Positions 10,601 through 18,277 of a stretch of DNA of 64,000 bases are shown here, one piece after another (within the stretch, counting starts at the first letter, position 1; each line of letters starts with the position of its first letter). Below the pieces are notes generated by a model, which saw nothing but the letters and a program-made list of their open reading frames with translations, ran no database searches and was not told where the DNA came from. The stretch is taken from contig UREA01000002.1 in NCBI GenBank assembly GCA_900546715.1, positions 20,050-84,049 of the forward strand, read 5' to 3'. Origin of the DNA: an uncultured Mycoplasmatota bacterium. GTDB taxonomy: Bacteria > Bacillota_I > Bacilli_A > RF39 > UBA660. Made by a program: the position numbers and the translations under genes.

Positions 10601-11018
10601 ATGCTAGCATACAAAATCCTGTTGCTCTCGTTGCATAAATATCTTGATGATCTCCAAAAATGGATAAGGCATGAGTTGCAAGAGAACGCGATGCAACATG
10701 TATTACACCTGGAAGCATTTCCCCAGCCATTTTATACATATTTGGAATCATTAAAAGTAAGCCTTGAGAAGCTGTAAATGTTGAAGCTAGGCTACCTGAT
10801 AATAATGCTCCATGCATAGCTCCAGCTGCTCCGGCTTCCGATTCCATTTCTAAAACTTTCGGTTTATCATTAAATATATTAAGTAAATTTGTCCCAGTTA
10901 ATGAATCAATATTTGCTGCCATAGGACTTGATGGCGTTATAGGATAAATACTACATACTTCACTAAAATAATAAGCTACTTTACTACATGCAGCATTTCC
11001 ATCAACTATTTTTTTCAT
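7683..11018 (-). CDS. nifJ: pyruvate:ferredoxin (flavodoxin) oxidoreductase
   Basis: About 1111 aa, single-polypeptide PFOR architecture. Two ferredoxin-type CxxCxxCxxxCP motifs mid-protein and a TPP-binding GDGW region. Start moved to the ATG 8 nt after GGAGA (MKKIVDG). Confidence 0.9.
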   Translation of the reverse strand: MKKIVDGNAACSKVAYYFSEVCSIYPITPSSPMAANIDSLTGTNLLNIFNDKPKVLEMESEAGAAGAMHGALLSGSLASTFTASQGLLLMIPNMYKMAGEMLPGVIHVASRSLATHALSIFGDHQDIYATRATGFCMLASSSVNDAQNLSAVAHLSAIKGSLPFLHFFDGFRTSHELNTVEEIPEEKLLSLVDYDKINEFKDRCLNVGKKYQYGMSETEDIYFQTMEARNKYYDAMPDIVNDYMTKINEIMHTDYKPFNYYGSENAENIIVAMGSVTSTIKEVVKKLGDVGLIEVHLYRPFSAKYFREVLPKSVKRIAVLDRTKENGSVGEPLYLDVCSVLKNEDIEIYGGRYGLSSKNTTPSDICGVFRMLAENPHHNFTIGITDDVTNLSIKPCPITIDNDFKEIQIYGFGSDGMVSASKDILKIVHESLDKYVQGYFQYDSKKSGGVTVSNLRYGDSPIDEPYYVTHPEITVVTKDVYFKMFDVISNLKNGGTLLINTIKNKDELLKLLPNKVKNAINSKNIKVYFINAEDIAMKNHIPGKISKIMELLILKLLDVENAFDYIKNSVEKAFASKGEDVVNNNINAMRDAENKLESLEVDGDFTTGIEIVDDNLIDLINRRLGDTLPVSSLVSYENGRFPGGSTKDEKRNISNIIPVWHKENCIQCGMCALSCPHAVIRSITTIDEAKGIPFMGQDGLYYEILISEEDCTGCGVCANVCPGKMGNKALVMEEKTEKEKLNFEDFYPFKNPLNKFTVKGSQLERPLFEFSGACAGCGETPYIKLLTQLFGEKLVIANATGCSSIYGGSTPSTPYSIPWANSLFEDNAEFALGIYTSYKQKRDRIAHIMEEAIDSVEKGEQELFKDWLENREDFEKTLEIKEKLKNKTIPKELVDLLDYIPARSVWAIGGDGWAYDIGYGGLDHVLHSNENIKVLVLDTEVYSNTGGQASKATKLGAIAEFANMGKRTSKKDLFKIATCVPNCYVASISLGANMQQAINAFKEAEEHQGPAIIIAYSPCIEQGIKTGMGTSILEEKLSVECGYNILMRYDNGLKIDSAKPNFDKYEEFLDNEVRFNALKLKNPELAKEILAEQKENAIKRYEDYQKMLNKE

Positions 11019-11193
11019 GTTTATCATCTCCGTACTATATTAATTATACCTTAAAATTGCGAAATTGAAAATAAAACATGCAAAAAAAATTAAAATGTGA
11101 AGTGAAAAAATTAAAAAACGACAATTTACTATTGATTAATTTTTTATTTATGATAAACTATATTTAGAAAGGACTTTTATGGTGCAGGGGGTA

Positions 11194-11222
11194 TTGACAT
11201 CGATACTAATTTATAGTACAAT
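11194..11222 (+). promoter_or_regulatory. near-consensus sigma-A type promoter upstream of the abi leader
   Basis: TTGACA (11194-11199), exactly 17 nt, TACAAT (11217-11222). Confidence 0.6.
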
Positions 11223-11228
11223 AATTAT

Positions 11229-11271
11229 GTATTGATCTTCGGTATCCCGTGTGGACCGAAGACGTTTTTTT
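11229..11271 (+). ncRNA. short leader RNA / intrinsic-terminator hairpin immediately upstream of the abi ORF
   Basis: Hairpin CTTCGGT-ATCCCGTGTGG-ACCGAAG (11237-11261), followed by ACG and T7 (11265-11271), ending 1 nt before the ATG. No Shine-Dalgarno is visible. Confidence 0.45.
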
Positions 11272-12237
11272 ATGAAAGATTTTAAATTAGTAACTGAACA
11301 AGTCGATTTATTAAAATCAAGAGGTATGTTATTTGAAGATGAACAAGATGCTATATGTAAGTTATTAAGTGATAACTATTATAATATAATTAATGGATAT
11401 AAAGACTTGTTTTTAGATACTACTAACAATCAAGAGGTGTTTAAAACCGGTACAACTTTTAATGAGATATATGCATTATATGAATTTGATAATCAATTAA
11501 AAAATATTTTTTTAGAATATATTTTAAAAATTGAAAACATTTTAAGAACTCAAGTAGCATATCATTTTTCAAGCTTTCACGGAAATGATAATTATTTAAA
11601 AATTGATAACTTTGATACTTTTTCATATAATACTTTTATCAACCCTAATCTAAAAGAAAAACAAATTAAACATATACAATTGTTAATCAGCAATTTAAAC
11701 AAAAAAATTGCTGATTCGATAAGTAGTACTAAATATATTAATCATTATATCATGAATTACGGTTTTATACCTTTATGGGTACTAGTTAATATTTTATCTT
11801 TCGGAGATATTTGCAATTTTTATAAATTAATGAATCAAAATGAAAGAATTCATATAACAATGTTTTGGGGAATTAGCGATAATGACTTAAAGAGTTTTTT
11901 AGGAATCCTATGTCACACAAGAAATTTATGCGCACACAATGAAAGACTTTTTAATTATAGCTTTCCTACTAGAGAAACTATAAATGATACAAATTATCAC
12001 AATTTATTAAATATTCCATCAATAAATAATAGATTTCAATATGGAAAAAATGATTTATTTGCTGTAATGATTGTGTTAAAAACATTACTTACTAAAGAAG
12101 ACTATCAAAAATTTCATTCAAAGATTTACAGCCGATTAAAAAGTATTGAATCAAAAATTAAAACGATTTCTTTGAATGACATTCTGGTAGCAATGAATTT
12201 CCCGTATAACTGGCATAGTTTATTAAAAATGTCCTAA
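11272..12237 (+). CDS. Abi_2 / AbiD-AbiF family abortive-infection protein (double HEPN-like)
   Basis: About 321 aa from the ATG at 11272; the track GTG at 11251 lies inside the hairpin. Family-typical NYYNIINGYKDLF and HTRNLCAHNERLFN (Rx4H), plus an upstream RTQVAYH (Rx5H) motif. Confidence 0.8.
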   Translation: MKDFKLVTEQVDLLKSRGMLFEDEQDAICKLLSDNYYNIINGYKDLFLDTTNNQEVFKTGTTFNEIYALYEFDNQLKNIFLEYILKIENILRTQVAYHFSSFHGNDNYLKIDNFDTFSYNTFINPNLKEKQIKHIQLLISNLNKKIADSISSTKYINHYIMNYGFIPLWVLVNILSFGDICNFYKLMNQNERIHITMFWGISDNDLKSFLGILCHTRNLCAHNERLFNYSFPTRETINDTNYHNLLNIPSINNRFQYGKNDLFAVMIVLKTLLTKEDYQKFHSKIYSRLKSIESKIKTISLNDILVAMNFPYNWHSLLKMS

Positions 12238-12258
12238 GTCCACACGGGATACTTAGGA
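12232..12258 (+). other. hairpin spanning the abi stop codon; loop complementary to the leader-hairpin loop
   Basis: TCCTAAGT-CCACACGGGAT-ACTTAGGA. TAA (12235-12237) lies in the 5' arm. The 15-nt core GTCCACACGGGATAC (12238-12252) is the exact reverse complement of GTATCCCGTGTGGAC (11242-11256). Confidence 0.7.
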
Positions 12259-12322
12259 TCATTATAAGTATATACAAAATAAATACTATTATTACCAAAA
12301 CTATATTCCAACCATTTTATAT

Positions 12323-12357
12323 AAAAAGTAGGTTAATTTTCAAACCTACTTATTTTT
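12323..12357. terminator. bidirectional intrinsic terminator (abi and eno)
   Basis: A-run, GTAGGTT, 8-nt loop, AACCTAC, T-run. The right arm overlaps the eno stop codon. Confidence 0.6.
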
Positions 12358-13581
12358 ATTTAGTTTTTCTTCAATTCGAAGTAATTGATTGTATTTAGCA
12401 ATTCTCTCTCCTCTACACATCGAACCGGTTTTAATAAATGGAATTGCTAAACCTACCGCTAAATCGGCAATAAATGTATCTTCAGTTTCCCCACTTCTGT
12501 GAGATATAATAGTTTTATAATTATTCTTTTTAGCAAGTAGTATTGTTTTAGTCATTTCAGTAATTGTACCTACTTGATTAGCTTTAAGTAGTATTGCATT
12601 ACCAGCTTTCATATCAATACCCTTTTGTAAATATTTAACATTCGTTACAAAATAATCATCACCAACAATCATTATTTTGTCTCCAACTTCTGCCGTAAAT
12701 TTTTGAAGTGTTTCAAAATCATCTTCATAAAATGGATCTTCAATACTTAATATTGGATATCTTTTAATTAAACTTTTATAATACTCTATTAATTCATCAC
12801 TATTTAATTTCTTGCCATCAATACTATAGTTTTTAGTATCTTTATCATACATTTCACTAGCAGCAACATCTAGAGCGATAAATACTTCTTCTCCTGGTTT
12901 ATATCCGGCTTTTTTTATAGCTTCAACAATAAATTCTAAAGCCATAGCATTATTTTCTAAATCTGGAGCAAAACCACCTTCATCACCAACACCAACACTA
13001 TAGTTATTTTTAACAAGTAACTTCTTTAATTCATGAAATATTTCCGAACCCGCTCTAACCCGTTCTTTTATTGTTTTAACTACTGGTACAATCATAAATT
13101 CTTGAATGTCGATATTATTTACAGCATGAGCTCCGCCATTAATAATATTAATCATTGGAATTGGCATAGAAACATTTTTACTAGAAACATATTCAAACAA
13201 ATCTTTTTTTTCAGATTCCGCTAAACATTTAAGACATGCAAGGGATACTCCTAAGATGGCATTAGCTCCTAAATTGCTTTTATTTTCGGTTCCATCAAGT
13301 TCAATTAATATTTTATCTACATCTGCTTGATTAGCCTTTTTACCAAGAAGAGCTGGAGCAATAATTTTATTAACATTTTCAACAGCCTTTAGAACTCCTT
13401 TACCACCATATCTAGCTTCATCTTTGTCTCTTAGTTCCAAAGCTTCACGTGATCCAGTTGATGCTCCACTAGGTACACTTGCTCGCATTTTTACATTATT
13501 ATCTAGAGTCATTTCTACTTCAACTGTAGGATTTCCTCTACTATCTAAAATTTCTCTTGCTTTAACATCTTTAATTAACAT
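12346..13581 (-). CDS. eno: enolase (phosphopyruvate hydratase)
   Basis: Canonical N-terminus [22 protein letters not shown] and conserved SHRSGETED. Start set at the ATG preceded by GAGGTGAT; the track ORF carries an 18-codon upstream extension. Confidence 0.95.
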   Translation of the reverse strand: MLIKDVKAREILDSRGNPTVEVEMTLDNNVKMRASVPSGASTGSREALELRDKDEARYGGKGVLKAVENVNKIIAPALLGKKANQADVDKILIELDGTENKSNLGANAILGVSLACLKCLAESEKKDLFEYVSSKNVSMPIPMINIINGGAHAVNNIDIQEFMIVPVVKTIKERVRAGSEIFHELKKLLVKNNYSVGVGDEGGFAPDLENNAMALEFIVEAIKKAGYKPGEEVFIALDVAASEMYDKDTKNYSIDGKKLNSDELIEYYKSLIKRYPILSIEDPFYEDDFETLQKFTAEVGDKIMIVGDDYFVTNVKYLQKGIDMKAGNAILLKANQVGTITEMTKTILLAKKNNYKTIISHRSGETEDTFIADLAVGLAIPFIKTGSMCRGERIAKYNQLLRIEEKLNKNK

Positions 13582-13648
13582 TTTTTTATCACCTCGTATA
13601 ACAAGTATATCACAAATTAAAAAAATCTGCATCACTGCAGACTTAATT

Positions 13649-14227
13649 TTACCAAAATATATCCATTATTTCTTTGCTACTAATTTTAAATGTAATTGCA
13701 TCACTTAAATTAAGTATTCCAGAAATTATTAGGAAAGCTCCAGCAATTTGAGTTAATGCAAACGCCGTAAATGGATTAAATACTATCATTATACCTAAAA
13801 TAACTAACAATATTCCCGCAACAAGTGTAACTAACCAAGCTTTACTATTACCTCTTTTTAACCATAAGCCATAATTTATCTTAGTTGCACCATTAACAAC
13901 TAAAAATAAACCTAAACAAACAGTTACAAATTCTATAACGCTAAATGGAAATATAATAATTACTAAACCTAATATTAAATAAAGAATAGCAAAAACTAAA
14001 TTTAACGAATAAATCTTTGCTCCATCTCTCTTTAAATACTTATATGCGGTCGTTAACCCAAAGATAATAAAAATTACACCAGTAATTATACCTACAACCT
14101 TATTAGATAAATTAGGTAAAAATAATAACACTGCACCAACAATAATTGTTATAACTGATGCAATAATTGAAAATATAACCATTCTGTTATAAACGCGTTC
14201 AATACTCTTTTTAAATGGAGTAGCCAT
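13649..14227 (-). CDS. DUF308/HdeD-like multi-pass membrane protein
   Basis: About 192 aa with six hydrophobic helices in repeated pairs, typical of the HdeD-like family. Family call is from memory of the general pattern. Confidence 0.5.
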   Translation of the reverse strand: MATPFKKSIERVYNRMVIFSIIASVITIIVGAVLLFLPNLSNKVVGIITGVIFIIFGLTTAYKYLKRDGAKIYSLNLVFAILYLILGLVIIIFPFSVIEFVTVCLGLFLVVNGATKINYGLWLKRGNSKAWLVTLVAGILLVILGIMIVFNPFTAFALTQIAGAFLIISGILNLSDAITFKISSKEIMDIFW

Positions 14228-14322
14228 ATACATCACCCTAATATAATTGTAAATGTTTATTTAAAAGTTGTCAATCACTTTTATTTATGATATAATTTAC
14301 TCTTAAAAAGAGGGAGGTAAAT

Positions 14323-15543
14323 ATGTATTTACGTGAATTATCTTTAGATGATTTTAAAAGCTTTGTAGAAAACAATATTATTGGCAATGCCTATCAAACA
14401 GTTAGTTATGCTATGCTTAAAGCCGAAGAAGGATATGACTATGAATTTATTGGTTTAATTAGTGATAATTCCATTATTGCAGCAGCTTTAATATTGTACA
14501 AAAAAATTGGCAATCATTATTATGGCTATTCTCACCGTGGTTTTTTAGTAGATTATTCTAATATCTTTATTTTAGAAACATTTACTAGAGAAATAAAAGA
14601 ATATTACAAAAAGAAAAATTTTGTCTTTATTAAAATAAATCCGGAGATTGCTATTGGTAAGTTAAATAAAAAAACAGGTAATTTTGAATATAATGAAAAC
14701 TATAATATAATTAGTAATTTAAATAAATGCGGTTATAAAAAGTTAAAAAGTAACACCAATTTTGAGGCATTACTTCCAAGAATTAATGCTATAGTTAATT
14801 TAGAAAATTTTGATTTAGAAACTATAAGTAAAAACACTAGAAATAAAGTTAAGAAAGCAATTAGAAAAGGACTTATCCTTGAAAAAGCAGACATATCTAA
14901 AGTAAATATCTTTTATGAATTTATAAAAGATAAAATAAATAAAAATGAATTTCATTATAATGATTTATATAATGTATTTAATAAACAAAATGATATAGAT
15001 TTCTTTTTAGTTAAAGTAGATTATAAATATTATTTAATTAATTCTCAAAATTATTATGAACATGAACTTAAGAAAAACAATAATTTTACTGAAAAAATTA
15101 TAAGAAAAAATACTCCAACAGTTATTAATGCTAAAATGAATTCTGATAGAGCTCTACTTTCTTATAAAAATGATATAACTGAAGCATCTAAACACTTAAA
15201 TACCAATGAAGATATATATGTTGCTGGAGCAATGGTTATCAAATTTAATAATAGAATTACAATTTATATTAGCGGATATGATAAAGAATTAAAAAGATAT
15301 CCATCAAATTATTTTCTATATTATGCAATACTTTATTTTTACAAAGATAAGTACAAATACGCTGATTTAAACGGTGTTACAGTAGATTCTATAGATAATC
15401 CTTATCATGGCTTAAATCGCTTTAAAAACGGCTTTAATCCAGATATATATGAATATATTGGAGAATTTGATTTAGTTATTGATGAACATCAATACAATCA
15501 TCTACTTAAAAGTGGAATGCTTGCTAAAGAATTTAATAAATAA
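14323..15543 (+). CDS. FemAB-family peptidoglycan interpeptide-bridge aminoacyltransferase
   Basis: 406 aa. N- and C-terminal GNAT-like halves separated by a Lys-rich helical insert. C-terminal motif GLNRFKNGFNP. Strong SD GAGGGAGG. Confidence 0.7.
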   Translation: MYLRELSLDDFKSFVENNIIGNAYQTVSYAMLKAEEGYDYEFIGLISDNSIIAAALILYKKIGNHYYGYSHRGFLVDYSNIFILETFTREIKEYYKKKNFVFIKINPEIAIGKLNKKTGNFEYNENYNIISNLNKCGYKKLKSNTNFEALLPRINAIVNLENFDLETISKNTRNKVKKAIRKGLILEKADISKVNIFYEFIKDKINKNEFHYNDLYNVFNKQNDIDFFLVKVDYKYYLINSQNYYEHELKKNNNFTEKIIRKNTPTVINAKMNSDRALLSYKNDITEASKHLNTNEDIYVAGAMVIKFNNRITIYISGYDKELKRYPSNYFLYYAILYFYKDKYKYADLNGVTVDSIDNPYHGLNRFKNGFNPDIYEYIGEFDLVIDEHQYNHLLKSGMLAKEFNK

Positions 15544-15570
15544 TAGAACAGTTCGGTTGAACTGTTCTAT
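15544..15570 (+). terminator. intrinsic terminator after the FemAB-like gene
   Basis: ATAGAACAGTTC-GGT-TGAACTGTTCTAT followed by a T-rich tract. Confidence 0.55.
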
Positions 15571-15578
15571 TAATTTAT

Positions 15579-15962
15579 GCGAATTTATCGGATATATCCG
15601 ATAAATTCGCTTATCGTAGAAAATATTTTATCGGATAATTTGTGATTAGTTGTAGTAAATAAGGCAAAAATTAATGTTAAATGTCCGATAAAACCAATAT
15701 ATTAATCTTATGGCAATGATACTAGTAGTAATTTAAAAATTATGAACAATCATAAAATATACTTTCAAAATAGTAAATTTTTATAAAAAATAGGTTTTTT
15801 TTAATAAAAAATTAAAATTTTAAAGAATTTGCATTTACCATAAATACCAGATACGGTTAAAATCCATATATGTTTTATCGGACAAATATATTTGTGTTTT
15901 TCCATAAATACGGATACATTCTCTAATTTGTCCGATAATATTCGTTCTACGATAAGCGAATT
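15579..15962. repeat. complex inverted-repeat element: 32-bp perfect palindrome, ~91-bp imperfect inverted arms, six TTATCGGAYA boxes
   Basis: Palindrome GCGAATTTATCGGATA|TATCCGATAAATTCGC (15579-15610). AATTCGCTTATCGTAGAA (15604-15621) is mirrored exactly at 15945-15962. Inner boxes TATCGGAYAA and TGTCCGATAAAAC sit at identical offsets in both arms. Confidence 0.7.
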
Positions 15963-17596
15963 GGGTCAGATTCCGTTCCGGATCCAGAGACATATTGAGT
16001 TGTTGAGGTTAGATAAAAGACTGGCCGCACGCCGAACGAACTGAACACGGTATAGCTATCGACATCGCCTGTGGAAAGCACTCGAAAGGCACCAAACGAA
16101 GTGTTCGAAGTGCGGGAAATAGTCCATTCGTTAATACTAATATTCATCCAATTGCTACTTTTTGACGGTTCGTAATTATACAACTCCGTTGTCCAATAAT
16201 CTGGGCTTGCTGCAAATCCATAATCTGACACATACATTAGTCCTATTTTTGCACTGTATGTTGTACTACTTGAACTACTTCCTATTTCTGTTTCATAACA
16301 TTGTTTTGCTGTTGCTGAAGTATTTAGAATCATTCCTCCTACTTTCCAGCTATGATTTGCTATTAAGTTACTCCATGCGCTTCCCAAATTATTTAAGTAT
16401 GTTCCATTTAATGTACTTGTATTTAGTGTACTGCTACTCCATGTATTACCTCTGTTTGTGCTTGATCCACTCCAATAGTAGTTTCCTATACTTGTGTTTT
16501 TGGTTAGTTTTACTTGATTGCCAAATACTCCAATTATACGATATAGGTTATCACTTGGGCATGTGTTTGCGTTTGATCCAAAGCATACATAATTATTTGG
16601 ATTTGCTCCAGCATAGCGGTAACTATTATCTGCTGCACTATTGGCTAGTGAACTTGTATGATAATACAAACCATTTGCTACTTGGCTTGTATACAATCCT
16701 TTTATGTAATCAGCAAGTAATACAGAATTTTCTGTTTCGGCATTTATTGTATATACATTTGAATCTACTCCATTTGTATCTGTTACATATACTCTTATAC
16801 TATAACTTTGTCCTGCAGAAAGTCCACTAAATGTATATGTATTTGTATTACTACTTGTGTAACTTCCATTATTTATTGAATAATAATAGTTTTGAATTTT
16901 ATTTGTTCCACCATTCGCATTTACACTTACTGTTATTGAATCATTACTTACATTTGTTGCTGTTACACTATTAACAACAGGATTTACATAATTATCTGTT
17001 GTTACTTCTATTGTTTCCTCATTTGATTCATATCCTGCAGTATCTACTGCATATACTTGGAATGTATATGTTGTATTATCTGTTAAATTACTAAAAGTAT
17101 AACTTGATGTATTACTTGTTTGATAACTATTTCCTCCATCCATACTAAAATAGTATGTTGCAACTGGATTTGCTCCAGCATCTACTGTTACTGTTAATGT
17201 TACACTATTTGTAGTCTTAGTTGCTGATACATTTGTAATAGTTACTACATTATATAAATCAAAATATACATAGCAAGCATCTGATTTATTAGATAGTAAT
17301 TCTACTATACCTTGTTCTCTATTCCATCTTAGTTCTCCCCCATTTTCGCATCTACTAAGTTCACTATTAAAGGCATAATTCCCACTTGGCCATGTATTTG
17401 ATGTACTTTCTTGATATGTTCCATCTTCTTGTTCTAACATTAATGTCAGAAATGAATTGTTAATTAATTTTTCACCATCATCTTGCATAACTATTTCATT
17501 ATTAGCATTACTTTTATAAATAATAAAAACAGAACTAATTATAATTATTAATGTTAATAAAACACTACTTATCAACAAAACTTTTTTCTTTTGCAT
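15947..17596 (-). CDS. membrane-anchored surface protein with two fibronectin-III-like repeats and a Ser/Thr/Asn/Tyr-rich C-terminal domain
   Basis: 549 aa. N-terminal signal-anchor helix. Two ~90-aa repeats with FN3-like pattern (SVTLTV..YYFS..YTFSxL..TYxFxVYAVD). The C-terminal domain ends GVRPVFYL...DPIRLS. Paralog at 36806..37929. Confidence 0.7.
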   Translation of the reverse strand: MQKKKVLLISSVLLTLIIIISSVFIIYKSNANNEIVMQDDGEKLINNSFLTLMLEQEDGTYQESTSNTWPSGNYAFNSELSRCENGGELRWNREQGIVELLSNKSDACYVYFDLYNVVTITNVSATKTTNSVTLTVTVDAGANPVATYYFSMDGGNSYQTSNTSSYTFSNLTDNTTYTFQVYAVDTAGYESNEETIEVTTDNYVNPVVNSVTATNVSNDSITVSVNANGGTNKIQNYYYSINNGSYTSSNTNTYTFSGLSAGQSYSIRVYVTDTNGVDSNVYTINAETENSVLLADYIKGLYTSQVANGLYYHTSSLANSAADNSYRYAGANPNNYVCFGSNANTCPSDNLYRIIGVFGNQVKLTKNTSIGNYYWSGSSTNRGNTWSSSTLNTSTLNGTYLNNLGSAWSNLIANHSWKVGGMILNTSATAKQCYETEIGSSSSSTTYSAKIGLMYVSDYGFAASPDYWTTELYNYEPSKSSNWMNISINEWTISRTSNTSFGAFRVLSTGDVDSYTVFSSFGVRPVFYLTSTTQYVSGSGTESDPIRLS

Positions 17597-17713
17597 AATT
17601 TATACTCCTTTATACAAAATATCTATTGTATACAACATAATTATACAAAACATCTTTTGTAAAATCAATACAAAATATGTTTTGTTTGACAAAATAATAT
17701 TAGGTGATAAATT

Positions 17714-17953
17714 ATGGATATTTTAAGGTTAAAAGAAATTAGAGAAGACAAAGACCTAAAACAAAGTGATGTTGCTAAAGCATTAGGAATCAAACAACAA
17801 CAATATAGCGAATATGAAATAGGGAAAAGATTAATACCAATTAATTATTTATATGAATTAGCATTATTCTATAATACGTCTATTGATTATCTAATTGGTA
17901 AAACCGATGTTAGTAAACCATATCCTAAATCTATATTAGAAAAAAAACGATAA
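17714..17953 (+). CDS. XRE-family helix-turn-helix transcriptional regulator
   Basis: 79 aa. LKQSDVAKALGIKQQQYSEYEIGKR HTH pattern. SD AGGTGA. Divergent from the FN3 gene, with palindromic boxes in the shared intergenic region. Confidence 0.8.
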   Translation: MDILRLKEIREDKDLKQSDVAKALGIKQQQYSEYEIGKRLIPINYLYELALFYNTSIDYLIGKTDVSKPYPKSILEKKR

Positions 17954-17980
17954 ATTGCTAGTTTAAAACTAGCAATTTTC
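17953..17980. terminator. bidirectional terminator between convergent HTH genes
   Basis: AATTGCTAGT-TTAAA-ACTAGCAATT flanked by A- and T-runs. Confidence 0.55.
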
Positions 17981-17981
17981 A

Positions 17982-18218
17982 TTAATCTTTCCTATATTTC
18001 AGTATATCTGTTATATCACAATCTAGTACATAACACATTCTTGCTATTATATCTATATCTACTCTAATAACTAAGTTATTATAATATCTATTAACGAGAT
18101 CATAATTAACAGCAATCATAATACTTAATTTATTTCTACTAATACCTTTCTTTTCTAAAACTTCTTTTAAAGTTATTTCTACTTTACCATAGTTTTTAAA
18201 GATATAAATATTATTCAT
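17982..18218 (-). CDS. small Cro/C1-type (HTH_26-like) DNA-binding protein
   Basis: 78 aa. The pattern ITLKEVLEKKGISRNKLS...RVDIDIIARMCYVLDCDITDILKY resembles YozG-like HTH proteins. SD AGGAGG. Confidence 0.65.
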   Translation of the reverse strand: MNNIYIFKNYGKVEITLKEVLEKKGISRNKLSIMIAVNYDLVNRYYNNLVIRVDIDIIARMCYVLDCDITDILKYRKD

Positions 18219-18277
18219 TTTATAATAAAACCTCCTGGTAGTTATTATAAAATGAATAATAAAAAAACATAAAACTA

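Noticed and set aside
11242-12252. The Abi gene as cargo of an IS200/IS605-type or TIR transposon, because of its flanking hairpins and 15-bp inverted repeats.
   Set aside because: There is no transposase and no target-site duplication. The left repeat doubles as a terminator exactly abutting the start codon, and the right one encloses the stop codon. This fits RNA-level function better. The inversion hypothesis is kept as an alternative within the finding.
15947-16140. The GC-rich C-terminal segment could be the variable region of a diversity-generating retroelement.
   Set aside because: The window contains no reverse transcriptase, no template repeat resembling this segment, and no adenine-biased mismatch pattern to compare.
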